A stretch of 57,747 bases of DNA from Cyanobacteriota bacterium (GCA_033764955.1 JANRIL010000002.1:1-57747); one strand, 5' to 3'; shown: positions 31,401 to 41,690, counted from the stretch's first letter. A program made the numbers and translations. The notes: a model not told the origin generated them from the sequence alone.

Positions 31401-33602
31401 GAGTCGTTGCTCAACGAGATTACTACCCAGATCCGCACATCCCTGGATCCCAAACTGGTCTTGCAATCTATTGTGCAGTCCTTGGCTGCTACCCTCAGCC
31501 TCGATCGCTGTGAAATCACCCTCTACCGCTCGCAGCCGATGGTGCTGGATCACTGGCTGCCCCCCGTGACGGGGGATCCCAATGGGTTTTCCCCACTCCC
31601 CCCCGCTCCTGCTGAGATGATCCCCCGCCCCTTGAGCAATCCGCCGATCATTTGGGCCAATGGCATGTTTATTCGCGGTTCGGCGGAGGCCATTCAAGAA
31701 CAACACCCCTATACCTTTGCCGAAAGTATTGCCGCCGATCACTTTATGGCCGCCAGTTTGAGTGAAGGGGGCAGTTCCGCCCTGCCGTTGGGATCCCTGA
31801 TGCCCCCCGATGTCTACGCCCTACTGCGCCAAGGACATCCCTTTGTGATTCAAGACACCCAGGCGGATCTGCGGGATATTCCCCGTCTGACGGTGGATGT
31901 GGGTGTGCTGCGGCAATTTTTTGGATCCCTGTCCATCCGCAGTATGGCCTTGATCCCGATTGTTCAAGAAGGGGAACTGATTGGCACGATTGCCATGATT
32001 GCTTATCCAGAGGCGCGGGAATTTCAGGCGGATGAGTTGTCTTTAGCCGTGGCGGTGGCCGAACAGGCCGGGATCGCCCTCAAACAAGCCCAACTTTACG
32101 AACAAACTCGTACCCTTGCCCTGCGAGAAAGCTTGCTGCGGGAGATCGCCCAACAACTGACCAGCACCTACGACCCTACCCAGATTATCCAAATTGCTCT
32201 GGCAGGCATGGCTAAAGCCTTGCAAGTGGACAAATGTGATTTTGTTGGGTTGGCTAGCTCCGCTTCTCCCTTGGAAATGGGCAAATTGGCCGCCTCCCCT
32301 CCCTCCAACTGTGAGGGGCTACGCATCCTCCAGGAATACCGCCGTTATCCTGAAATCCCTTCCATCCTGGGGCAACTCTTGCCAGAAGATCTCAGTTGGT
32401 TAATCCTTTTGGACTGTTATGGGCGACAGGACAGTCTGCTGATCGAAGATGTCACCACCTTTCCGCTCCCCAGCCAAACCCGCAAAAACCTCCTACAAGC
32501 CCAGATTCGCGCCTTGTTGTGTGTGCCTGTCATGACCGATAGTACAACAGTTGCTGGCATTCTCTGTGCCTTTGTGCCCACCCTGCAACCCCTAGCAGAA
32601 GGGGATCCCTTTGCCAGTGAGTCCGCCCATCTGGGGCAGGATAGCGATGGCCTTAACTCGCCAGACCTCCCAGAAATCAGCCCGGATCCCTATGACCCGC
32701 AATCTCGACCCTTTTGTAACGCCGATACCGATCTGGTGCAAGCTCTGGCGGATATTACGGCTGTCGCTTTGCAACGGGCACAGTTTTATGAACGGGCACG
32801 CCAACAGGCGGCAACAGCGGCGGCGGTGCGGGGGTTAACGGAAGGACGAGAAGCCGAAAGCCGTCGCCTTGCCGCCGATCTGCACGATCAAACCCTAGCG
32901 GATTTGGGAGCTATTTCTCGCCAGATTCAACATCTGATTGCCCAGCCCCTTACCGCTGAGCAGGTACAACAGGCATTGCTGGGGATGAGTGATCAACTGC
33001 GGGAAACAATTGCCGAGTTGCGGGGGGTGGTGGAGGATCTGCAACCCACTGCCATGCGCGCTTTTAATTTGGGATCCGCCCTGCGTAGCCTGCTAGAGCG
33101 AGCGGCTCAACGGTCTCAACAATCCTTGCTGACCCGTTTCGATAACCGTTCCGATGATTGGCTGAACCGATTGGATCCCGTCACCCAGAGTACGCTGTTT
33201 CGGATTGTGCAGGAGGCGCTCAACAACATCGTCAAACATGCTCAGGCCAAGCGCATTGATATTAGCCTTGTGCCCGTACTGCTGGATGCTACCCCCCCCA
33301 GCAGCGAAACCTCTTGGGTGAATGCGGGGGATCTTTTGTCTTCCTCCCTGGTCAGCGACGGATTGGATGAGCTAGATAACCCACAACCCTATTACAGCCA
33401 TCTGGAGGTAAAAATCATTGATGATGGGGTAGGGATCCCGGTGGATCCGGTCTCTCAGGGGCGACATGGATTGCTGAATATGCGCTATCGAGCCGAATTG
33501 ATTGGAGCCACGATTGAATGGCGAGGCCGCCGTCAAGGCTCTGGCACGGTGGTGCAACTGCTGATCCCGCTGCCTCAGCCATCTGCTTCCCCCCTCATCT
33601 AA
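28476..33602 (+). CDS. Very large multi-GAF histidine kinase (HisKA_3 type)
   Basis: About 7 GAF units with QxAxAxxxAxL linkers; RLAADLHD, QEALNNIVKHA, DDGVG, GLLNMRYRA. Confidence 0.9.
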   Translation: MIMQLYDPPQEFVAASPDLLSQMQAANDIVQDLVSLTTQQLQDPGWPRSDLSQAIAESLVQRIVSRLGMARAQVWFYHADEGSFHAVARAGLVSPAEAQLQVLRPDQTPLGQVVRQGDPLLSNNLTQEPWILSPDWTVKEGLQAFAAYPINLGHTPVGALSIFSYHPLHPTFFEVLKLICSYSASAIVNARQTAQLQRQATRDGLIRHISQHLRHSLDASTMRQTLVQQVGQALAADRCDLLWIHASDPVQLEILASYQPPLTDLEGDPYQQLFDLLDLPALQNHLQAHQSLVVNHLSQLGYSPSEATYASLLVVPLLLQQQYHEDVLGYLALAYRDPHPFGSGEVELVQAIATQAALALNNAQLYERTRQQGEREALMNRVTTMLHQSLQWDQIVSTTLHSLQETLDLSRCCFYRLNPGGESISVTHEARYPELHPATGPYPLAEFGDYCQRIGRGEVVQIPDVGLEVDLPAGGRQLLEQLQIRSGVFVPVYADQSYSLERMPGNEGIPTPIRDPQPPPPERAPMIGLVGAYKGRAYRWQAAEVDFLRSIAQQLAISLTRSQLFDHAQQQTERLSLLHSITAVIRSSLDPSTLFHAITQQIGEAFQADICALQLWHPEDACLRPVGIYAPHLSSTQLEAMLPGFPLIRDPASPHHHQWNQPLLAGRSPDLLPAHLIHKLRAASELLGQVREPIVLSQQTQADLAHLIKSPLPPLEPMAEGVLLVPLLEGEQLIGSLSLKRFPPLARDSGSRPWQPADLTLAKAVAEQAAMAISQARLLTQTQKQAEQASLLNRMTDRIRHSLDVDEILQATVEEVAQALQASRVQFVFVNPQEETTIFRHAYAQPGIDSWLNRQIPSRENALIPYLQQQTQPIEINSWSDLSEFDSQTQARLEAAGVQSLMVARLWLDANTYGVLSVHRCRSDYGTPMEAESALTVAPEWQSDDQNLLKLVAEQLAIAINQSRLYAKTQQQARRESLLNEITTQIRTSLDPKLVLQSIVQSLAATLSLDRCEITLYRSQPMVLDHWLPPVTGDPNGFSPLPPAPAEMIPRPLSNPPIIWANGMFIRGSAEAIQEQHPYTFAESIAADHFMAASLSEGGSSALPLGSLMPPDVYALLRQGHPFVIQDTQADLRDIPRLTVDVGVLRQFFGSLSIRSMALIPIVQEGELIGTIAMIAYPEAREFQADELSLAVAVAEQAGIALKQAQLYEQTRTLALRESLLREIAQQLTSTYDPTQIIQIALAGMAKALQVDKCDFVGLASSASPLEMGKLAASPPSNCEGLRILQEYRRYPEIPSILGQLLPEDLSWLILLDCYGRQDSLLIEDVTTFPLPSQTRKNLLQAQIRALLCVPVMTDSTTVAGILCAFVPTLQPLAEGDPFASESAHLGQDSDGLNSPDLPEISPDPYDPQSRPFCNADTDLVQALADITAVALQRAQFYERARQQAATAAAVRGLTEGREAESRRLAADLHDQTLADLGAISRQIQHLIAQPLTAEQVQQALLGMSDQLRETIAELRGVVEDLQPTAMRAFNLGSALRSLLERAAQRSQQSLLTRFDNRSDDWLNRLDPVTQSTLFRIVQEALNNIVKHAQAKRIDISLVPVLLDATPPSSETSWVNAGDLLSSSLVSDGLDELDNPQPYYSHLEVKIIDDGVGIPVDPVSQGRHGLLNMRYRAELIGATIEWRGRRQGSGTVVQLLIPLPQPSASPLI

Positions 33603-33621
33603 TCCCTATGCAGGAGTCGTT

Positions 33622-34488
33622 GTGCCCTCCCCTTCCCCCCCACAGCCTCCCTCCAGAAAAGTGATCTTGGTCGTCTGTGATGGTCTGCGGAACGATACGG
33701 CGGCAGAACAAATGGGCTACCTGGAGCATCTTGTGGAACAGCAACAGGCGAGGCGCTCCGTGGTGCAGGCCCAACTGCCTACCAAGTCACGCCCCCTCTA
33801 CGAAACCCTGATCACAGGCCTTCCTCCGGCGGTGCATGGCATCACCCACAATCAAGTGGTGAGGGGATCCCAACAACCTCACCTGTTTGGCCTCGCCCAA
33901 AAAGCCGGAAAGACAACAGCAGCCGTGGCTTTTTTCTGGTTTTCGGAACTCTATAACCACGCCCCTTTCCGCCCCATCCTTGACCGCGAAGTAGATGATC
34001 CCCATCTGCCTATTCAGCACGGGCGGTTTTACGTCAGCAACGACTATCCCGATCCGGAGGTGTTTGTCAGTGCCGCCACTCTGATAGCCCGCCATCAGCC
34101 AGATTTTCTGCTGGTTCACCCGATGGGGGTGGATTATTGGGGACATCGCTTTGGATCCGATTCTGAGCCATATCGCAACCAAGTCTTGATCCAGGATGAA
34201 CAGCTTGCCACCTACCTGCCGGATTGGCTGGAACAGGGATATGTGGTGTTGGTTACCGCCGACCACGGCATGAACCCAGACCGGATGCACGGGGGCACAC
34301 TGCCGCTGGTTCGCCATGTTCCCCTCTATCTGCTGGGCTTATCCCGACAGGAAAGGGAATCGGCATCCCTGCCGCCCACGATTGAGCAGTGCCAGATTGC
34401 CCCCACGATTTGTCAGTGGTTGGGGTTAGGGATCCCCCCCTCCATGACCGTTCCCCCCTTTCTGCCGATTCACCATCCGCTGGGCTAA
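33622..34488 (+). CDS. Alkaline phosphatase superfamily (nucleotide pyrophosphatase/phosphodiesterase)
   Basis: VVCDGLR, LPTKSRPLYE, DYWGH, TADHGM. Confidence 0.88.
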   Translation: MPSPSPPQPPSRKVILVVCDGLRNDTAAEQMGYLEHLVEQQQARRSVVQAQLPTKSRPLYETLITGLPPAVHGITHNQVVRGSQQPHLFGLAQKAGKTTAAVAFFWFSELYNHAPFRPILDREVDDPHLPIQHGRFYVSNDYPDPEVFVSAATLIARHQPDFLLVHPMGVDYWGHRFGSDSEPYRNQVLIQDEQLATYLPDWLEQGYVVLVTADHGMNPDRMHGGTLPLVRHVPLYLLGLSRQERESASLPPTIEQCQIAPTICQWLGLGIPPSMTVPPFLPIHHPLG

Positions 34489-34504
34489 ATAGCCAGAGAT
34501 CGGC

Positions 34505-35140
34505 TCAAGACTTCAATCCAACTGTAAATAAGACCTCTCGCTCTAGCCAAGCCAAAACTTCTGGCAGCCCTTCCCCGGTTCGCAGATTCGTAAAAAGAAA
34601 GGGTTTGGATCCCCGCATCCGCTGAGAATCTCGCGCCATCACTTCCAGATCCGCCCCCACATAAGGAGCGAGATCAATTTTATTGATAATTAATAGGTCA
34701 GAACGGGTAATGCCGGGACCTCCTTTGCGAGGAATTTTATCCCCTTCGGCCACATCAATCACATAAATACAGCTATCCACTAATTCGGGGCTAAAGGTAG
34801 CCGCCAAATTGTCCCCTCCTGACTCCACCAAAATCAAATCAAGCGGAGAAAATCGCGCCTCCAGATTAGCAATGGCATCGAGATTGAGGGAGGCATCTTC
34901 ACGAATCGCTGTATGTGGGCACCCTCCCGTTTCTACACCAATAATTCGCTCAGCCGTCAAGGCATTTGCCCTCACCAAAAACTCAGCATCCTCACGGGTA
35001 TAAATGTCATTGGTCACAACTGCCAGGGATAATTGATCGCGCAATGCCAAACATAATTTTTCCACCAAAGCTGTTTTGCCGGATCCCACGGGGCCACCAA
35101 TGCCAACCCGCACCGGAGCATGGAGAGTTTTGAATATCAT
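34505..35140 (-). CDS. ureG: Urease accessory GTPase
   Basis: [33 protein letters not shown]. Confidence 0.96.
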   Translation of the reverse strand: MIFKTLHAPVRVGIGGPVGSGKTALVEKLCLALRDQLSLAVVTNDIYTREDAEFLVRANALTAERIIGVETGGCPHTAIREDASLNLDAIANLEARFSPLDLILVESGGDNLAATFSPELVDSCIYVIDVAEGDKIPRKGGPGITRSDLLIINKIDLAPYVGADLEVMARDSQRMRGSKPFLFTNLRTGEGLPEVLAWLEREVLFTVGLKS

Positions 35141-35180
35141 AGTGTTTTCGAATGAGTGAGCGGTTCCCAACTATGTTTGA

Positions 35181-36980
35181 TTATTTTTGCTTGAGCACCA
35201 AGAGAGTAATGTCATCAAAAACTTTCTGAGTACCAATATGACCACGGACATCCTCAATCACGGCCTGACGGATCGCGGCGGCTGATTCCTGTTTATATTG
35301 CTGCACTATCCGGCAGAGGCGCTCTAGCCCATACAGTTCTCCATGAGGATTCTCCGCTTCGGTAACTCCATCTGTATACAAAACAACAACATCTCCTACT
35401 TCGAGTGTGAGTTCAGTTTTGAAGATAAAATCTTTGATTTCAGATTCTAAACCCACCGGAAACCCTAGATCAATAGTGTCAATTCGTTCAACATCTCCAT
35501 TGGTTCTAACCACGATCATCTCTTCGTGTTGGCCGGTCAATGTCAAGGATTTATCATAATAATCTAGTAAGGCCAGGGTGAGATTTTTGTCGGATCCCAT
35601 GCGTTGAATATTGTCATACATGGCTTGATTAAGAATATTGATGAACTGTCGAGAATCCGTTTCATTGCTTTTGAGTAAGGTTCGGACGGCCATTTGTGTC
35701 ATGATCATCACCATCCCGCTTTCCAATCCATGCCCCGTCACATCACCAATGCCAATTTTGACGCGACCATTGTGTTGCAAAACATCATAGTAGTCTCCAC
35801 CCACCTCATTGGCAGGCTCCATAAATCCCGCTATATCTAACCCTGGGATCCTCTCTAGCTCAGCCTCCTTAGGCAAGATTAACTGCTGTAGTTTGCGGGT
35901 CACCTCCAGTTCGGATCCCATCCGCAAGTTTTCCTCTTTGAGCCGCTCATAAAGATTAGAAATCTCAGCATTAGCTATCTGCAATTCATGGGTGCGTTGG
36001 GTGACTTTGGTCTCCAGATCGTGGGCATAGCTGCGAATCTCGGCAATCATCGAATTAAAGGCTTGCGCTAAAAGTCCCAACTCATCCTGAGATTTGACAG
36101 CCAGTGAAACATCAAAGTTTTTGGCTTGTACCTGCTCAGCGGCATCACGCAGTTGAGTAATAGGTTGCCCTAACCAACGGGCAATCAGTGCTGACAGCAG
36201 AATAGATAGCACCAACCCAGCTAAAATAATGGCATAACAGATATATTGCAAAGCTCTCAGTTGATTGGCTTCTGTTTGAGCATTATAGTCAACACCTAAA
36301 ACTGCTAAAACTTCCCCTTGAGAGTTTTTAATTGGTAAAGCTGCCGTGATCCAGGTACCATAAATATCTTTATAAATGCCAGTGGTTTGAGCCTCTCCCC
36401 CAAAGGTGCGGGCAAACACCTGATCACTAATCGCATAAGTATTTCCCAACGGATTACCCGGCCAATCTCCTATTTCTTCATGTCGAGAAGAGCCAATAAA
36501 ACGCAAAAATTGGTAATCAGGAAATTCAGGAATATTCACCATCAAGTATGTAGCCAAATTACTGGTTTCCCAGTCAGCTTGTGGGTAGAAATCTTGCAGA
36601 GGTTGGATATCTGATTGACTGACTTGCTCGATCCGCCGCAATAGCTGGACAATCCGTTGAAAATCTGGAGTTTGCATTGCCGCTGCGGCCACTGCTGGGA
36701 CTAATCCCAACTTGAATTCACCCGCTGGGATCCCTTGAATATCAGCGGTGGAGAGGATGGACTGTTCTTCCGTTAGGGTTTGCAAGCGCCGAATCGCTGC
36801 CTGATCTTCCTCCTCAAATTGAAAGCTAGCCATGTAGCCAATATCCCGTAGCCGCCCAGTAATCTGATTTTGCACAATAGTGTTCACCTGAGAGTAAAAC
36901 CAATACACCGCCGTGCTCGTCAACGTAATGGAGAGCGCGGTTGTGGCAAAACCTACTTTCAGGGCAAATGAGAATTTCAC
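35181..36980 (-). CDS. Membrane sensor, HAMP + SpoIIE/PP2C phosphatase
   Basis: Two TMs, DELGLLAQAFNSM, EVGGDYYD, IGDVTGHG, YTDGVTEA, DDITL. Confidence 0.92.
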   Translation of the reverse strand: MKFSFALKVGFATTALSITLTSTAVYWFYSQVNTIVQNQITGRLRDIGYMASFQFEEEDQAAIRRLQTLTEEQSILSTADIQGIPAGEFKLGLVPAVAAAAMQTPDFQRIVQLLRRIEQVSQSDIQPLQDFYPQADWETSNLATYLMVNIPEFPDYQFLRFIGSSRHEEIGDWPGNPLGNTYAISDQVFARTFGGEAQTTGIYKDIYGTWITAALPIKNSQGEVLAVLGVDYNAQTEANQLRALQYICYAIILAGLVLSILLSALIARWLGQPITQLRDAAEQVQAKNFDVSLAVKSQDELGLLAQAFNSMIAEIRSYAHDLETKVTQRTHELQIANAEISNLYERLKEENLRMGSELEVTRKLQQLILPKEAELERIPGLDIAGFMEPANEVGGDYYDVLQHNGRVKIGIGDVTGHGLESGMVMIMTQMAVRTLLKSNETDSRQFINILNQAMYDNIQRMGSDKNLTLALLDYYDKSLTLTGQHEEMIVVRTNGDVERIDTIDLGFPVGLESEIKDFIFKTELTLEVGDVVVLYTDGVTEAENPHGELYGLERLCRIVQQYKQESAAAIRQAVIEDVRGHIGTQKVFDDITLLVLKQK

Positions 36981-37183
36981 AGGAGGATAGGGGGAGAAGG
37001 AGATACCTGGAGTCTATGTGAATCATAGTATGCTCTTGGCGATGGTCTTCTTGTGTTTCGCTCTGCTAGGGATCCCCCTATCCCAGCCTAAAATAGAGGT
37101 GGACAGGCGACCTGGCTGGCTTCTCTTGAGGGGATCCCGGCATACGGAAGACCTGTGCTGATGCTCTTCCTGCTCTGAGGTTT

Positions 37184-38404
37184 ATGCAGACCCTAACTCC
37201 CCCTTCCCCTGTGACCGCCTATCCTGAATTGCACTATCCTCGCCGCCAAACCCGCACGGTGGCGGTGGGGGATGTCTTAATCGGCAGTGACCATCCGGTG
37301 GTCGTGCAGTCGATGATCAACGAGGATACCCTCGATATCGCGGGATCCGTGGCGGGGATTCGCCGCCTGCACGAAGTGGGATGTGAAATCGTGCGGGTGA
37401 CCGTGCCCAGTATGGCTCATGCCAAGGCGATGGAGCAGATTCGCGCCCAACTCATCCAAACCTACCAACCCGTGCCCTTGGTGGCGGATGTGCACCACAA
37501 TGGCGTAAAAATTGCCCTGGAAGTTGCCAAGCATGTAGATAAGGTGCGGATCAACCCTGGTTTGTATGTTTTTGAAAAGCCACAACCTGGACGCAGCGAC
37601 TATAGCCAAGCCGAATTTGATCAAATCCGCGACAAAATTCGGGAAACGTTTACCCCCCTGGTGATCAGCCTACGAGATCAAGGAAAAGCGATGCGGATTG
37701 GGGTTAATCATGGATCCCTAGCGGAACGGATGGTGTTCACCTACGGAGATACCCCGCTTGGCATGGTGGAGTCGGCGCTGGAGTTTGCCCACATTTGCCA
37801 CGATCTTGATTTTCATAACCTGGTCTTTTCCTTTAAGGCCGCTCGTCCACAGGTGATGCTGGCGGCTTATCGACTGGCGGCGCAGCGACTGGATGCGATT
37901 GGCTATCGTTACCCGTTGCATTTGGGGGTAACGGAAGCGGGGGATGGTGAGTATGGTCGGGTCAAATCAGCGGTAGGGATTGGCACCCTCTTAGCAGAAG
38001 GAATTGGGGATACGATTCGGGTCTCGCTGACAGAAGCCCCCGAAAAAGAAATTCCGGTAGCCTACGGCATTTTGCAAGCCCTCGGTATGCGGAAAACGAT
38101 GGTGGAATATGTGGCTTGCCCCTCCTGTGGACGCACGCTTTTTAATCTAGAGGAGGTATTGCACAAGGTTCGTTCGGCAACCTCCCACCTGACGGGACTC
38201 GACATCGCGGTCATGGGCTGTATCGTCAATGGCCCTGGGGAAATGGCGGATGCGGACTATGGCTATGTCGGCAAAACCCCAGGTATGATCTCCCTCTATC
38301 GGGGCAAAGACGAGGTGAAAAAAGTGCCGGAAGCAGAGGGAGTGACGGAGCTGATTGCCCTGATCAAAGCCGATGGACGTTGGGTGGATCCGCCAACGGT
38401 TTGA
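37184..38404 (+). CDS. ispG: HMBPP synthase
   Basis: [48 protein letters not shown]. Confidence 0.97.
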   Translation: MQTLTPPSPVTAYPELHYPRRQTRTVAVGDVLIGSDHPVVVQSMINEDTLDIAGSVAGIRRLHEVGCEIVRVTVPSMAHAKAMEQIRAQLIQTYQPVPLVADVHHNGVKIALEVAKHVDKVRINPGLYVFEKPQPGRSDYSQAEFDQIRDKIRETFTPLVISLRDQGKAMRIGVNHGSLAERMVFTYGDTPLGMVESALEFAHICHDLDFHNLVFSFKAARPQVMLAAYRLAAQRLDAIGYRYPLHLGVTEAGDGEYGRVKSAVGIGTLLAEGIGDTIRVSLTEAPEKEIPVAYGILQALGMRKTMVEYVACPSCGRTLFNLEEVLHKVRSATSHLTGLDIAVMGCIVNGPGEMADADYGYVGKTPGMISLYRGKDEVKKVPEAEGVTELIALIKADGRWVDPPTV

Positions 38405-38544
38405 AGGGATCCCCCATCCCCAGAGTTGACCCCACAGGTTAGAGTGAGAGGGATCCTGGGGGGCTGTTACGCCCGGATCCCTTCCTCCTGGAAAATCGTC
38501 CATAAATCGTCCATAAGTTGTTTCGTGATTCTCAAGGTAAAGGC

Positions 38545-38745
38545 ATGAGCATATTTGGTATGGGTGTTCCTGAACTGGCGGTGATTGGGGTGATTGCGGT
38601 GGTTATCTTTGGCCCCAAAAAATTACCCGAACTGGGCAGCTCGATTGGTAAAGCCCTTAAAGGTTTTAAGCAGGAAATGAACGGCGTGAGCAGTCCTGAC
38701 GGCAAAGAGGCAACCCCCCCCTCCGAAAAGCAGGACGCCGCCTGA
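38545..38745 (+). CDS. tatA: Twin-arginine translocase subunit TatA/E
   Basis: FGMGVPEL...IFGPKKLPELGSSIGKALKGFK. Confidence 0.93.
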   Translation: MSIFGMGVPELAVIGVIAVVIFGPKKLPELGSSIGKALKGFKQEMNGVSSPDGKEATPPSEKQDAA

Positions 38746-38843
38746 GGATCCCTGATTATCTCAAAACAATGGGGATCGATACTTGCTTGTCTGGCGGAAT
38801 TGGGTATAGTGCGGGGAAGATCGCCCAAAGAACCTGAGAGAGC

Positions 38844-39716
38844 ATGGCAGAGCCAATGGATTTTGAATTGATGGCACAAATCCAGGCGCGGGAGCGGCGT
38901 GCCCACTTTATGCTTAAGGATCGCTACCATAAGCGGCTGCTGGAGATTGCTTTTGCCATTTTGCGAAATCCCCACCATGCCGAAGAGGTGGTCAGGCAGG
39001 TCTTTGAGTTTTCCTGGCGGCAGGCGGAGGTGTTCGACCTAGAACGGGATCCCTCCGTCGCCATTTGGCTATACGAGTTGACCCGCTTGTTTGCTCAAGA
39101 ACGGCTCAACCGTTGGGGCTGGTTCAAAAAATCCCGCCCCTCCTCCCTTCCCTCCCAGTCTGCGGACAAAACCCCTTGGTCGTGGAGCCTTAAGCTGTTT
39201 GTGCTGGGGCTGGCTGCCTATGGGCTGGTCATCACCTGGCAGTATTGGCAAATTCGCCAGACATGGCTCACCTATATTGACCAAGCGGCTCAAGAGGTGC
39301 AACGGCTCTACCAAAGCTGGATCCGCCAGCCAAATGTTCAAGAAGTCTTGCTGCGGGATCCCTCCCTCCGCACGGATCGTCTAGCCCAAGGGCTCTGGTC
39401 ATCCCAAGCTCGTCGTTTGATTTTGTTCTCCAATAATCTGGCGGCAGCTCCCCCTGGGCAGGCTTATCATGTCTGGGTGGAAGATAACGCCGCGTCCCCC
39501 CAACCTGGGATCCCTAGCAAAACAGTGGAGTTTGCCGGATCCCTCACCTTTGCCCAAGATGGGACGTTGCAATGGGCTAGTCCTGCCCTACAAACCGCTC
39601 AACCGGATCGGCTGGTGATCACCCTAGAGTCTGTCAATCATCAGGATCTCCCCACTGGGGAAGTGGTTCTAGAGAGCCGTCTACCCGCTCTTTCGGCTCA
39701 GCCCACTAGCCCCTAA
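38844..39716 (+). CDS. Fusion of ECF sigma region 2-like domain, TM helix and RskA-type anti-sigma C-terminal domain
   Basis: DFELMAQI...DRY...AFAILRNPHHAEEVVRQVF..W..A..FD..R....WL....R; TM LFVLGLAAYGLVITW; PPGQAYHVW...ITLE...PTGEVVL. Confidence 0.75.
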   Translation: MAEPMDFELMAQIQARERRAHFMLKDRYHKRLLEIAFAILRNPHHAEEVVRQVFEFSWRQAEVFDLERDPSVAIWLYELTRLFAQERLNRWGWFKKSRPSSLPSQSADKTPWSWSLKLFVLGLAAYGLVITWQYWQIRQTWLTYIDQAAQEVQRLYQSWIRQPNVQEVLLRDPSLRTDRLAQGLWSSQARRLILFSNNLAAAPPGQAYHVWVEDNAASPQPGIPSKTVEFAGSLTFAQDGTLQWASPALQTAQPDRLVITLESVNHQDLPTGEVVLESRLPALSAQPTSP

Positions 39717-39747
39717 GTTGTATAAACAAACCCCTAAACAACTCAAC

Positions 39748-39951
39748 ATGGCTTCTGAGCAACACCAAGCCGATCAGCAGGATGGGATTGTAGCTCGGCT
39801 TTTGGCAGAGTTGAAAGATGAGCAAAAGTGGGAAGCCCGTTTTGCTGGCACGACAAACGAGCAGTGGGATCAGATGGCTGCAATGGTACGTCAACAAATT
39901 GAAAGTGGGGTGACCGTTGCGCTGAATGCAGTTTTTCCATCGCAGAAATGA
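39748..39951 (+). CDS. Putative antitoxin, possibly N-terminally damaged
   Basis: LLAELKDEQKWEARFA; ATGA overlap with the toxin. Confidence 0.6.
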   Translation: MASEQHQADQQDGIVARLLAELKDEQKWEARFAGTTNEQWDQMAAMVRQQIESGVTVALNAVFPSQK

Positions 39952-40207
39952 AATCAAGTGTCACTAAAACGTTTCGTAAGCTGTCGAACGATCTTCCGGC
40001 ATCGGTTCAGGAGCAAGCGGCAAAAACATATACACTCTGGCAAGAAAATCCCTATCATCCTGGCCTTCAGTTCAAACGAGTTAGCTAACAACAACCGATA
40101 TACTCTGCGCGTGTCAGTCTTAACTATCGTGTTCTAGGTTTGTTGGTATTTACTGGTATTGGATTGGCGCACATGATGAATATGATGATTTTCTCAAGCA
40201 GATGTAG
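39948..40207 (+). pseudogene. RelE/ParE-like toxin pseudogene
   Basis: MKSSVTKTFRKL...NPYHPGLQFKRVS*QQPIYSARVSLNYRVLG, then a frameshift to YWYWIGAHDEYD; TAA at 40086. Confidence 0.8.
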
Positions 40208-40230
40208 TTTAAGGGATCTGTAGAGACTCG

Positions 40231-40316
40231 GCATAACAACACAGTGGAGCAGACGGTATTAAGCTCTCCGCCCATTGCCAAAATTATCCACCGCCAGCTC
40301 ACTTCAGCCGTTGTGC
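40231..40316 (+). other. attC site (integron cassette recombination site)
   Basis: R'' GCATAAC, L'' AGTG(G)AGC, L' GCTCACT, R' GTTGTGC; 86 bp. Confidence 0.8.
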
Positions 40317-40412
40317 CGCTTCACATCTTGGCGAGGACGGTACTCCAATTTCACTGTTGTAGGAAAGAGACTTTAAGATCAAGTCAGTGCATCATAACTG
40401 AGAGGCGAAGTA

Positions 40413-41690
40413 GTGAGCCGAATTGTTTTAACCACCATTGGCTCCTTTGGTGATTTGCATCCCAAAATTGCGATCGCGCTTGAGCTACGAAAGCGTGGTC
40501 ATGATGTCGTGTTTGCAACTCACAAAGAATATCAGGATAAGGTTGAGGCTCTCGGTTTCGCGTATCGTCGGATGCGCCCTGACAACACGGCGCTTAATGA
40601 TCCTGAAGAAATGGCGCAGATGATGGATTTGAAAACGGGCACAGAGTATGTCATCAAAAATTGGGTATGTGCGAACTTACATGAAACCTATACCGATTTG
40701 ATGGATAGTGCTAAAGATGCAGATTTCATCATTACAGGTGAAGGAGTTGTAGCGGCTCGCTTGGTAGCAGAAAAGTTAGAAATTCCGTGGGCATTTGCTG
40801 CCCTACAGCCTGCCTCATTTCTGTCGGTTTATGATCCATCCGTCTTGCCTGTGCTGCCGTTTCTTGCCAAGTTCCGTGGGCTAGGTTCGCTGGCTAACCG
40901 AGGCATCATTCAATTATCAAAAGTATTGTCTAAGTCCTGGGCAGAGCCAATCCATCAATTGCGGCAGGAGATCGGCTTGCCACCTCTGACAGGGAATCCA
41001 TTTATTGATGATAAATATTCACCGTATCTTGTACTGGCACTGTTCTCTTCAGTCTTCGCAAAGCCTCAGCCCGACTGGGCAAAAAATACGGTACTCACTG
41101 GCTTTGCATTCTATGACGGCAGCGAGGGTAAGACAGAACTTACACCGGAACTTCAGCAGTTTTTGGATAGGGGCGATCCCCCAATCGTTTTTACTTTAGG
41201 TTCAGCCGCAGTCATGACTCCTGGACGTTTTTTCCAGGCGAGTGTTGAAGCTGTAACGCAACTGAATCGCCGTGCTGTTTTACTGATGGGTGAAAATGCT
41301 CATCCAAATGATTTGCCAGAGACCGTATTTACCATGAGTTATGTTCCATACTCTCAAATTTTTCCGCGTGCTTGTGCAATCGTCCATCAAGGTGGTGTTG
41401 GCACGACAGCCCAAGCATTACGGGCAGGTCGTCCAACTCTTGTAATGCCTTATAGTCATGATCAGCCAGATAACGCAGCTAGAGTTGAACGTTTGGGAAC
41501 ATCGCGGACGATTCCTCGAAATCAGTACACAGCAGAACGAGTAGCCAAACAATTACGCCAGTTATTAGGAAATCCAAGTTATGCAGCTAAAGCTTTAGAA
41601 ATTGGAGGTATTATCCGAGCAGAAAATGGGGTTGGTGTAGCGTGTGATGCGATTGAAAAGCAACTTCAAGCCGCCTCAATCTCGTCGTAA
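40413..41690 (+). CDS. GT1-family glycosyltransferase (sterol/rhamnosyl/macrolide-type), cassette-borne
   Basis: TIGSFGDLHP, FTLGSA, VHQGGVGTT, PYSHDQPDNA. Confidence 0.9.
   Translation: MSRIVLTTIGSFGDLHPKIAIALELRKRGHDVVFATHKEYQDKVEALGFAYRRMRPDNTALNDPEEMAQMMDLKTGTEYVIKNWVCANLHETYTDLMDSAKDADFIITGEGVVAARLVAEKLEIPWAFAALQPASFLSVYDPSVLPVLPFLAKFRGLGSLANRGIIQLSKVLSKSWAEPIHQLRQEIGLPPLTGNPFIDDKYSPYLVLALFSSVFAKPQPDWAKNTVLTGFAFYDGSEGKTELTPELQQFLDRGDPPIVFTLGSAAVMTPGRFFQASVEAVTQLNRRAVLLMGENAHPNDLPETVFTMSYVPYSQIFPRACAIVHQGGVGTTAQALRAGRPTLVMPYSHDQPDNAARVERLGTSRTIPRNQYTAERVAKQLRQLLGNPSYAAKALEIGGIIRAENGVGVACDAIEKQLQAASISS

Noticed and set aside
28476..33602. Cyanobacteriochrome photoreceptor
   Set aside because: No DxCF or CH bilin-attachment motif seen in the GAF units
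34505..35140. Orphan ureG as a novelty
   Set aside because: Urease genes are commonly dispersed in cyanobacteria
38494..38516. AAATCGTCCAT tandem duplication upstream of tatA
   Set aside because: Only two copies; cannot be distinguished from a slippage duplication
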